From: Scyliorhinus canicula
Lineage: Eukaryota
NCBI RefSeq assembly: GCF_902713615.1
Contig: NW_024055500.1
Coordinates: forward strand, 62,001-126,000
Length of the DNA: 64,000 nt
Direction: 5' to 3'
Shown here: positions 50,883-60,779 of the stretch, piece after piece
How the letters are laid out: each line of letters begins with the position of its first letter
Numbering within the stretch: the first letter of the stretch is position 1
Translations under genes and position numbers: made by a program
The notes under the pieces: model-generated
Seen by the model: the letters and a program-made list of their open reading frames with translations, nothing else
Databases searched by the model: none
Told to the model about the DNA's origin: nothing

Positions 50883-52280
50883 TCGCGTGCTTCTCATTTT
50901 GTGTGACGAATGTTTGCACAAAATACCTTTCTTCCTCAATCACGCACGTTCGAGGAACATGAGATTTGGTCTCTCATGAGATATTAAAATTCCTGCAACA
51001 AAGTCAGAAATACGGAATATTCAAGACGCCAGGGGAAGAAAAGCCTTTCCTATTTTGCCACGATTCGGATATTAGCCGTTTGTTCATCCACCACAGAATC
51101 TTTTGGGTTTACAGATGCAGATGAACATATTTAATCACCATTTCAAACATGTCTAAATGTACGATAAAAGCAACTTACTGCGTATGCGTCAATGGGAAAG
51201 AAAAACAGAAAACACAGGACAGTCTCAGCAGGTCTGACAGCCTCTGTGGAGAGAGATGGCAAGTGTCGTTTCGAGTCTGGGTGACTCTTTGTCGAAGCTG
51301 GACAACTGGACCTTTGTTCAGGTGCAGACTGGCGGAGTGTGTGGGGGAAGTGGAGGGGAGCGTGAAGCATTGGGCCTCGACAGACGGCCAGCGATGGGTG
51401 GAGAAGAAGAAAAATGTGTTGGGTCGAAAGAAAAATGGAATGTAAATGTTTCTAATCAGTGTTAAGAACGGTGCTGACAGAGGCGATTAGAAGATTAGAA
51501 TGTGTTAATGGCAGATGACAAGAGGAACAAGGGGCGGATTTCACAAGAGGGATGCGATTGGCTAGGGGAATGGGGAGGGGGAGACAATGGGAGAGGAAGA
51601 CATATCAATGGAAGCAATGAAAATAAGTTGATGGAAATAAACATGTGGTGAAGTGGGAAGAGTGATTTCACGGTGCGCAGTTGTTGAGCCTACTGCAAAA
51701 TCCGCAAGGCTGTACCGTGCCTATTCGGAGGATGGGGGCTGTTCCTCGGCGTTGTGCTGAGCTACATGGGAACATTGCAGCAGGCCAAGATCGGACATGT
51801 GGACATGAGAGCAGGACAGTGAGTTGAAATAGCAAGCGACAGGAGAGTCTGCCGCCAGCTTGTCGAAGGAGCGAAGGTGTTTTGCAAAGCGGTCACCCAG
51901 TCGGTATTTAGTCTCTCCAATGCAGAGTAGATGGCGTTGGGATCAGCAAATGCAACAGGCCAGATTGAAGGATGTCTGAAAGTAATGTGTACTCAAAAGG
52001 ACAGACACAAACGATACTGTAACTGACTTAGAGGAAATGCCAGAGACTTAACTGAATCAGCTTTGGGAAAGAAAAAACGGCCTTCCTGATGGAGAAACAG
52101 GAAAAGCCAGTGTGGGAATCCAGGCTCAGTGCGGAATTGCTGTCAGGCCTCCTTTCTTGTACATGAACGATATTTAGACTGCAGCATGTGACACACCATC
52201 CGGTATGGAACTTTTGCTCTTTTGAATGAATCCCGCCATCTGCGCCGCAAAGAAATGAAGAAAACATTCACCAACGGTAA

Positions 52281-52370
52281 ACCTCATCAAGGGATTTGAA
52301 CCCGGGACCTCTCGCAAATTCCGATAGTGAGACACCCAAAGCGAAAATCTTACCCCTAGACCAACGAGGT
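52281..52370 (-). pseudogene. Intron-containing tRNA-Pro(TGG)-derived gene with replaced acceptor stem
   Basis: ACCTCGT...TTTGGG[TGTCTCACTATCGGAATT]TGCGAG...TTCAAATCCCTTGATGAGGT. Confidence 0.8.
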
Positions 52371-52459
52371 AACATCCGAAGCATGCTGATATTGCCATCA
52401 AAAGTCGATCTAACATCTGCGGTGAAAATACTGCAACAACTCAGGGAGTCAGGCAGCAT

Positions 52460-52805
52460 TTATAGAATTTACAGTGCGGAAGGAGGCCACTCGGCCCATC
52501 GTGTCTGCACTGGCTCTTGGAAAGAGCGCCTTGCCCGAGGTCAACATCTCCACCCTATCCCCATCACCCAGTAACCACACCCAACACGAAGGGCAATTTT
52601 GGACACTTAGGGCAATTTATCATGGCCAATCCACCTAACCAGCACATCATTGGACTGTGGGAGGAAACCGGAGCACCCGGAGAAAACACAAGCACACACG
52701 GGGAGGATGTGCAGACTCCGCACAGACAGTGACCCAAGCCGGAATCGAACCTGGGACCCTGGAGCTGTGAAGCAATTGTGCTATCCACAGTGCTATCGTG
52801 ATGCC
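52460..52805 (-). mobile_element. HE1/V-SINE inserted in the inverted type B unit
   Basis: Full SINE; absent from the paralogous site near 35420. Confidence 0.9.
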
Positions 52806-54082
52806 TCTTTATCGACAGGACAACAAAGCTCGTCTTTCACCGTCACCTTTCATTAAAACCGTGACCGGTTAGAAATGTGGTACGTCTTAACCAAGTGAAC
52901 TCCCGGAGGGGGGAAAAAGAACAACAGGAAAGGGCTCTGATAGGGGGCAAGTCAGGGGCGATTAAATGGGAAAAGGCCTTGGCTTCCCTGGTCACGGAGT
53001 GAGGTTCGCATCGAATCTGAGAATAACTACACCACAGAAAGAGGCCATTCGGGCCGCCGCATCTGTGCCAGCTCTCTGTTAGCGCAATGGAAGTGAACAA
53101 AGAAAACAAAGATGTTTCTGGAGGAGCAATCGATGGCAGATTGATCAACAACTGCCGCCCGGACACAAAGAACAAGTGGAAACAAGATTCAAACCCAAAG
53201 CTGCGATGTAAGGACACGCAGAATGGGTGCAGCATTTACAGTGTGAAACTGCTGAACACACACTGAGTGTGAAAGCTGTATTGAGCCCAGTGGAAAGATG
53301 CGCTGCTGTTCCTCGAGTGTCTGTTGAGCTTCTTTGGAACATTTCACGACGCCGAGGTCCGGGAGGTCAGCGTTAAGATCCAGCTCTCCAGTCCGTTCAA
53401 TTCTCCACTTTGGCTCTGTGGATTAGATGGGTCACGTCCCTGTGGTTAACACAGATCTAGAGCATCAATTCTACCCAAACGCACTCCAGCTCAGACACTA
53501 TCTCACTGAACAAATTTCCACTCCGACATCAACTCACCAAAGACTCTGGTAGTTAGGTGCTCGCTAACCAGCAATTTGGTTCCATTCAACCTGGATCTAA
53601 TATGAAGCAAAATCCTGCCTATGCTGGACATATAAAATAAAAACAGAAACTGCTGAATAAACTCGATCTTCATCTGTGGGGAGAGAAACAACATAAACAT
53701 CCCGAGTCCTGAGAAATCTTTTTCAGAGTGGGCCAATGTAAATCATCCCCGCCGTCAGCATCGCAAACAATTCGTAATCTCTGACCTGGAGTAAAGGGCT
53801 TGTCCTTAATTGACACCCACGACCGCTCCCATGGGCATTGATTGAAAATCGCGAGGGATTCTCGCTGCTAGACGAAGGAGCACAAATTTAAGACCGAGCA
53901 TAAGCAAAATATAACTTATGTTAAGTTCGACATCTCATGGTCTTATATGTTGAGACATCTGTTTTTTTTTTAAACAAAAAGCTGTTGTCTTGTAATAAGT
54001 GACCAGGTCTCTCAGCCTCGCCATTAGAATCTGTAGCAACATGCTGAGGTGGTTCATTGCGCAGGCCTGTTGTTTGTCAGTA

Positions 54083-54155
54083 GTTTCTGTAGTGTAGTGG
54101 TTATCACATTCGCCTCACACGCGAAAGGTCCCCAGTCCGGAACAGGGCTGAAACA
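54083..54155 (+). pseudogene. tRNA-Val(CAC) with degenerate T arm/B box
   Basis: 5' two-thirds at consensus; T arm reads CCCAGTCCGGAACAGGG. Confidence 0.78.
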
Positions 54156-54939
54156 TCAAACGTTTCTCTGACGAACGTCTGCACAAAATACTTCTGTTCC
54201 TCAATATTGCCCCAATCTCGGATGTGAGAGGAAAGTGAGACATCGGCTGACATGAGCCACTAAAATTAATTCAACGTTAATGAAATGAAATGAAAATCGC
54301 TTATTGTCACGAGTAGGCTTCAATGAAGTTACTGTGAAAAGCCCCTAGTCGCCACATTCCGGCCCCTGTCTGGGGAGGCTGGTACAGGAATCGAACCGTG
54401 CTGCTATCCTTTTTTAAAAACCAGCGATTTAGCCTTGTGAGCTAAACCAGCCCCTGATTAAGTCGCACGTACTGAATTTTCGACAGGCAATGAGAAGAAA
54501 AGAATCTTCCTATATTGGCTCAGTTCGGATATTAGCAGCAGGTTCATCCACAACAGAATTTCATCGATTTACAGATGCAGATGAACATATTTAATCACCA
54601 TCTCAAACATGTCTAAATGTACGACAAATCCAACTTACTGCGGATGCTTCAATCAGAAACAAACACAGAAAATACAGGACAATCTCAGCAGGTCTGACAG
54701 CCTGTGTGGAGAGAGATGGCAGCTCCCGTTTCCAGTCAAGTTGACTTTGTCAAAGCTGGAGAACTGGAAATGGAGTCAGATTCAGAATATTGTGGATGGG
54801 GCGGGGGCATCGTGCCCTAACCGAAGCACACTGTCATTGGCATCGAACGCCAATCTAACATCTGCGGAGAAAGCGGAAAATACTGGAACAACTCAGGGAG
54901 TCAGGCGGCATTTGTCGACAGGACAATAAAGCTCAGGAA

Positions 54940-55640
54940 GAGTCCAGCAGAGGGAGATTGATGAAAGTGAGACTGTCTGTGTGACTGTAATGCATAAAGT
55001 GCCCAGCAGAGGGTGATTGCTAAAATTGAGACTCTGGTTGTGTGCGTGTGTGTAATACATGAAGGGTCCAGCAGAGGGAGATTGCTGAAAGTGAGACTGT
55101 GTGTGTGTAATGCATTCACCTGAGGAAGGAGCAGTGCTCCGAAAGCTCCTTTTTGAAACAAACCTGTTGGACTTTAACTTGGTGTTGTAAGACTTCTTAC
55201 TGTGCTCACCCGAGTCCAACGCCGACATCTCCACATCGTGTGTAATGCATAAAGGTTCCAGCAGATGGAGTGAGACTGTGGTTGTGTGTGTGTATGGTGA
55301 TGCAGAGTGAGTCCAGCAGAGGGAGATTGCTGAAAGTTAGACTGTGTGTGTGTGTATGTGTGTGTAATGCATAAACGGTCCAGCAGATGGAGATTGCTAA
55401 TAGTGAGACTGTGTGTGTGTGTATGTGTGATGCAGAGAGAGTCCAGCACAGGGAGATTGCTGAAAGTGAGATTGTGTGTGTGTGTGTGCAATACCTAAAG
55501 GGTCCAGCAGATGGAGATTGCTAAAAGTGAGACTGTGGTTATGTGTGTGTGTGTGTGTGTGTGTAATGCATAAAGGATCCAGCAGATGGAGATTGCTTAA
55601 CATGAGACTGTGGTTGTGTGCGTGTGTATGCAGTGATAAT
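54940..55640. repeat. Degenerate ~60-70-nt tandem repeat with embedded (TG)n
   Basis: Recurrent GTCCAGCAGA(G/T)GGAGATTGCT...GTGAGACTGTG(TG)n. Confidence 0.85.
55113..55237 (+). mobile_element. Short Penelope pLTR end with hammerhead core (stem I broken)
   Basis: TTCACCTGAGGAAGGAGCAGTGCTCCGAAAGCT...CTCCACATC, same family as 19770-19857. Confidence 0.8.
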
Positions 55641-55826
55641 AATAAAATATGTGTGTGTTTGATTGAGTTTGGCTGCCCTCTTGCAAATCTCGCCCTTTCA
55701 CTGCATTCTGTCTTCAATGACAACAGAAACGTAATGGCCACAGCCTACGTCTGCACAGTATGGATTCTGTAAACAGTTTTCCATAGCAAAGAGAATCCTC
55801 TAAAATAAAGGAGACATTCTTATTTA

Positions 55827-55843
55827 TGCCACCAGGTGGCAGG
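55827..55843 (+). promoter_or_regulatory. CTCF-like binding motif upstream of V1
   Basis: TGCCACCAGGTGGCAGG matches the CTCF core CCACCAGGTGGC by eye. Confidence 0.6.
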
Positions 55844-56144
55844 ATAGTCTGCTGAATGCTCAGCCCCTTCTCTTGCGGTATCACTGCACACTGTCACACT
55901 TATACCTCTCTCACTATGTCCGGGTCTGCATCGATCTGCTCAGTCTCATTTTAATTTCAGAAGACACCATGGCAAACCAGTCTCAGGTGTTGGGTTCAGT
56001 TGTTTTTTTTCAATGACTCTTGCTCCCTCCACTGCCTCCTCTCTTGTTAGATATGCCCAGAGGAATCTAAACAAGCTTCGCTCTAAAGTTCCTGGTTAGG
56101 TGGCAGTTTAATAACTGCGCTTCCTCTCTTGTCCTGCTCCTCAC

Positions 56145-56150
56145 TATAAA
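56145..56150 (+). promoter_or_regulatory. TATA box of V1 promoter
   Basis: TATAAA about 55 nt upstream of the leader ATG. Confidence 0.6.
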
Positions 56151-56204
56151 GAGGAGAGTCAAGTTCTACATCAGTGTTCTAACTCTTGCAAATACGCCTT
56201 GCAG

Positions 56205-56256
56205 ATGGATCTCCCGATAGGATTCATCGCCTTCGTTCTGACAGCAATCGTCTCCG
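56205..56256 (+). CDS. TRAV: Leader (L-PART1) exon of TCR V segment 1, MDLPIGFIAFVLTAIVS
   Basis: ATG at 56205, 17 mostly hydrophobic codons plus 1 nt, then GTGAGT donor (phase 1). Splices in frame to the acceptor at 57664. TATAAA lies about 55 nt upstream. Confidence 0.88.
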
Positions 56257-56497
56257 GTGAGTTACTGTTCAGATTCACATTGATCAGCCCCAAGAAATGC
56301 TTCTATCTTTAATCTTGTTCTTCAGAGAAAAATATTACTAGTGGTTCAGTTTGGTTAATTATTCTCATTGATTAAATTCCAAGAAATCCTGTTATAATTC
56401 TATATTTAATGTTGATTGTCCTAGGAAAATGCAAAGCAATGTTCCTAGTGGTTGAGTGTCTTTAATCAGTGGAACTTCATAAGTAGTCCTTTTTTTT

Positions 56498-56844
56498 CAT
56501 AGAATTTACAGTGCAGAAGGAGGCCACTCGGCCCATCGAGTCTGCAGCGGCTCTTGGAAAGAGCACCCTACCCAAGGTCCACACCTCCACCCTATCCCCG
56601 TAACCCAGTAACCCCACCCAACACTGAAGGCAATTTTGGACACAAATGGGAATTTATCATGGCCAATCCACCTAACCTGCACATCTTTGGGCTGTGGGAG
56701 GAAACCGGAGCACCCGGAGGAAACCCACGCACACACAGGGAGGATGTGCAGACTCCGTACAGACAGTGACCCAAGCCGGGAATCGAACCTGGGACCCTGG
56801 AGCTGTGAAGCAATTGTGCTATCCACAATGCTACCGTGCTGTCC
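56498..56844 (-). mobile_element. HE1/V-SINE in the V1 leader intron
   Basis: Full SINE, antisense to the V gene. Confidence 0.9.
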
Positions 56845-57664
56845 ATTTGTAAGTTTACTGGTGAAGAAAGTAAAAGCTAGGCATCATAGATCTAAACGGC
56901 TCAACAAGGCTCCCTCAATAGGACCTTCCAAACCCAGGACCACTACCAGCTGGAAGGTCGGGGGTTGCAGATGGTCAAGGAACGCTATCACCTCAAATTC
57001 CACCCCCAATCCGCACACTACACCCATATGAAACTATAATCACCTTTCTTCTGGAGTTACTGGGTCAAAGTTCAGGTGAACAGCAAAGATGTGAATGTTA
57101 GGTGTATTGACCATGTTACAAAACTGTTCAGTCCTGTCCAACGATGTGCAGGTTTGGTGGATTAGCCATGTTAAATTCCCCCTCAGTGTGAGGGATATGC
57201 AGGTCAGATGATGTTACGGAGATAGAGTCGGAAATGGATAGGAGTAGAGTGCACATTTGGTAAATCGGGGGTAACACGATGGGCTCAATGGTCTCCTTCT
57301 CCCCTGCTGGCATTCCAAAATAAATACTGGCCCAGATGATGTCGCTTGCAACCCAGGACAGATTAAATCGCAAAGTCGTTATCTGGTATTTTATTTCCAC
57401 GAGGAATAGTGATAATGTGGGACTTTATCACATGCAGTGCCTAGGGTGAGTAGTGGCTAAGATTTTCAGGCGTGGGCGAAAATAATAGACGGCTGTTCTG
57501 AAAGATTGGGAATAGGCTATGTTGGGGGAGGGGTTGATGAACGCCAGTATCAGCCCAATAGGTCAAATGGCCTGTTTCTGGGTTAATAAATTCAATGTGA
57601 TTGCATCAAGTGTTATTCATCCCCCCTCAACCCCCCACATGGCGGGTATTATTTCATGTTGCAG

Positions 57665-57950
57665 ATGTTGCCGTGGTGAGCCAGCAGGTCACCCAATCTC
57701 CGCCCACGCTGCTGGCGATGGAAGGCTCCTCCGTCACCATGAACTGCAGCACCAACATCTTGCTGAGTTTCGCACAGTGGTACCGATATCGTCGAGGGGG
57801 GAATCCACGACTGCTGGCCACCTCCAAGGGCAGCACGGTGCCAACAGAGAGAATAGGGGCTACCCTCCATCGAGCCCAGAAACGCAGCAGTCTGGCCATC
57901 CGAGATATCACGGGGACGGATACAGCCAGCTACATCTGTGTAGTCATAAG
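57665..57950 (+). CDS. TRAV: TCR alpha-like V exon (V1): DVAVVSQQVTQSPPTLLAMEGSSVTMNCSTNILLSFAQWYRYRRGGNPRLLATSKGSTVPTERIGATLHRAQKRSSLAIRDITGTDTASYICVVI
   Basis: TTGCAG acceptor, open frame, Ig-V hallmarks (first Cys, WYR, D-x-A-x-Y-x-C). W-to-second-Cys spacing of 53 aa fits TRAV, not IgNAR. Immediately followed by a 23-RSS. Confidence 0.9.
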
Positions 57951-57989
57951 CACCGTGTTGCCACCTGAGGGAGAGTCAATACAAAAACT
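57951..57989 (+). other. 23-bp-spacer recombination signal sequence of V1
   Basis: CACCGTG (57951-57957), 23-nt spacer, ACAAAAACT (57981-57989). Confidence 0.93.
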
Positions 57990-58259
57990 CTGAAAGAATA
58001 GAGCAAGGCGGCCACCCAGCATCAACATGAGAAAGCAAGGCAGCTTATCCTCTCTGACTATCACACAAAAAGGGAAAATGTAGCGAATGGGCCAGTTACT
58101 GTCTGTAGAGGATTGAACATCTGTTAGTTCCATTAATTACCATGTCCATACCATTGGAACTGGCCGAGGTCTACTCCCTACACCCAGTCAATATTATTTT
58201 GGTAATAAAATGGCTGTAATGAGGAATAACTTTTCCATCACAAACTCCACTTCCATTAG

Positions 58260-60190
58260 TTATGCCATACTTGGAGTATAGTGTTCAATTCTGGTCGCCA
58301 CACTACCAGAAGGATGTGGAGGCTTTAGAGAGGGTGCAGAAGAGATTTACCAGGATGTTGCCTGGTATGGAGGGCATTAGCTATGAGGAGCGGTTGGAAT
58401 AAACTCGGTTTGTTCTCACTGGAAAGACGGAGTTTGAGGGGCGACCTGATAGAGGTCTACAAAATTATGAGGGGCATAGACCGAGTGGATAGTCAGAGGC
58501 TTTTCCCCAGGGTAGAGGGGTCAATTACTACGGGGCATAGGTTTAAGGTGCGAGGGGCAAGGTGTAGAGGAGATGTACGAGGGAAGTTTATTTACACAGA
58601 GGGTAGTGGGTGCCTGGAACTCGCTGCCGGAGGAGGTGGTGGAAGCAGGGACGATAGTGACGTTTAAGGGGAACGTTGAGAAATAGATGAATAGGATGGG
58701 AATAGAGGGATACGGACCAGGAAAGTGTAGAAGATTTTAGTTTAGTCGGACAGCATGGTCGGCACAGGCTTGGAGGGCTGAAGGGCCTGTTCCTGTGTTG
58801 AGCCTTTCTTTGTTCTTTTTATTCATTTCCTTATCTTTCTTTCTATTTTGCTACCAGATTTCCAAGTCTATTATGTCCGAATTTGCAGATGATACAGCGT
58901 TGGGTGGGTTGGTAAACTGTGCAGAGGATGCATAGATTCTCCAGCGGGAGTTGGACAGGCTCAGTGAGTGGGTGTATGAATGGCAGATGCAGTATATTGT
59001 GGATGCATGTGTGGTTACAAATAGGAAGGCAGATTATTGCATGAATGTGTGTAAATTGAGAGAGGGAGCGACTCATCAAGACCTTATTGACCACATCGCT
59101 GAAAGTAGGCACAGGGGTACAACAGGCAGTAAAGAAGGCAAATGGTACGTAGGCCTTCATAACCAGAGGATTGGAGTATAGGTGTAGATGTGTTTTACTG
59201 CAATTTTATTGGGCACTAGTGAGGCTGAACTTGCCCGTTTTGATGTCCTTATGTGAGGAAGGATGTTCTTGCTAAGGAGGGAACGAAGGTTGACCACGCA
59301 AATTCCTGGGATGGAGGGACTCTCATATGAGGAGAGACTGCGTCATTATGGATTAGATTCCTTTGCATTTAGAGGGGATTAGGCTGGGTAGATTCAGAAA
59401 GAGTGTTCGCGATGATGGACGAGTCCTGGACTCGGGGTCAAACTTTGAGGACTGAAGTGAGGAGAACTGTCTCCTCCCAGAGAACATAGAAAATACAGCA
59501 CAGAACAGGCCCTTCGGCCCACGATGTTGTGTCTTAGATTAAGAACAAATTAATCTACACTCCATTATTCTACCCTAATCCATGTACCTATCCAAAAGCC
59601 GCTTGAAGGTCCCTAATGTTTCCGACTCAACTACTTCCACAGGCAGTGCATTCCATGCCCCCACTACTCTCTGGGTAAAGAACCTACCTCTGACATCCCC
59701 TCTATATCTTCCACCATTCACCTTAAATTTATGTCCCCTTGTAATGGTTTGTTCCTCCCGGGGAAAAAGTCTCTGACTGTCTACTCTATCTATTCCCCTG
59801 GTCATCTTAAAAACCTCTATCAAGTCGCCCCTCATCCTTCTCCGTTCTAATGAGAAAAGGCCTAGCACCCTCAACCTTTCCTCGTAAGACCTACTCTCCA
59901 TTCCAGGCAACGTCCAGAGTGGTGAATCTGTGGAATTCGCGACGAAAGAAAGTAGTTGAGGCCAAAATGTGTAATTTCAAGAAGGGATTAGATACAGTTC
60001 TTGGGGCTAAAGGAGTAGGGATGTGTTATTGCAATTGAATAGGCATTGGTGAGGCCACACCTGGGCTACTGTGTCCCCTTTAGATATCCTTATCTGAGGA
60101 AGGATGTTCTTGCTATGGAGGGAGGGGAGGTTGACCAGGCTGATTCCTGGGATGGCGGGACTGTTGTATGAGGAGAGACTAAGTCATTAT
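58260..60190. mobile_element. Stack of CR1 fragments in both orientations between V1 and V2
   Basis: Plus-strand 3' end 58260-58820, plus-strand RT pieces 58840-59480, minus-strand 3' end 59485-59915 (MPGMESRSYEERLR...), short pieces to 60190. Confidence 0.85.
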
Positions 60191-60296
60191 GCTGGGCATT
60201 GCCCCGCTGTCTCTCCCCCCTCCTCCCCCTTCCAGAAAGTCTGATCTAAAGAGGGTGTGGAACCTCCACTCAATTGTCTCCTTCTCTGTCCTGCAG

Positions 60297-60608
60297 GCAC
60301 CCTGACTGAATCAGCAGCCATTGACCAGCCAGAGGTGGAGCTGAGTGTCCAGCAGGGAGGCAGCGTCACCATCACCTGCTCCTACACAGGGGTGCGGAGA
60401 GCTTGCCTGTTTTGGTACCGGGACCCCCTCTCCCTGGGGGGGAGCCTCCAGTACATTCTCATCCGCTGCACAGACGGATTCAGTGACAGTGCCGGCTACT
60501 CCAGGCGCCGCTTCACCTCGTCCCTGACCAAAACCTACAGAGTCGTCAGTCTCACAGTCTCCCAGGTGTCGGCCGCGGACTCCGGGAAGTACTTTTGTGT
60601 CTTAAGCA
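60297..60608 (+). CDS. TRAV/TRDV: TCR alpha/delta-type V exon (V2): GTLTESAAIDQPEVELSVQQGGSVTITCSYTGVRRACLFWYRDPLSLGGSLQYILIRCTDGFSDSAGYSRRRFTSSLTKTYRVVSLTVSQVSAADSGKYFCVLS; leader not found
   Basis: Polypyrimidine tract plus CTGCAG acceptor (phase 1), open frame, canonical Cys/Trp/DSGKYFC, LQYIL motif, followed by a 23-RSS. Confidence 0.88.
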
Positions 60609-60647
60609 CACAGTGGTGCATTCAGGGAAACAGACTGTACATAAACT
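60609..60647 (+). other. 23-bp-spacer recombination signal sequence of V2
   Basis: Consensus CACAGTG (60609-60615), 23-nt spacer, ACATAAACT (60639-60647). Confidence 0.93.
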
Positions 60648-60779
60648 GAAGGTGCTTCTCCCAGACAGCGAGAACTCTGGACAACATGTGTAATCTCAAT
60701 GCCCAGTGTCAGTGTGTGGGCCTGTTGTAATGGTCCAGCGTGGACACGGGGATAGACAGGCAGACAGACAGGCAGATAG

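Larger units (their letters stand above)
31600..54700. repeat. Mosaic tandem tRNA-gene array: type A units (~2.32 kb; Penelope 3' remnant, Val, Arg, SINE fragment, Val) and type B units (~2.45 kb; Penelope tail, Val-CAC on the opposite strand, Pro-TGG with intron)
   Basis: Equivalent genes recur at 42490/44827 (2337), 47924/50241 (2317), 40735/43059 (2324), 48493/50810 (2317), 34214/36663 (2449) and 35521/37978 (2457). Spacers are clearly homologous. Confidence 0.92.

Noticed and set aside
33198-54929. Many recurrent 60-160-aa ORFs in the array
   Set aside because: They are translations of tRNA genes, spacers and Penelope UTRs, with stops and frames varying between copies.
57665-57950. V1 as a NAR-TCR (IgNAR-like) V domain feeding V2
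   Set aside because: W-to-Cys spacing and framework motifs are TRAV-like with no CDR2 deletion, and no D or J segments with RSSs are seen between V1 and V2.
58195-58235. YYFGNKMAV as a possible J segment
   Set aside because: Lacks FGxG, an upstream RSS and a splice donor.
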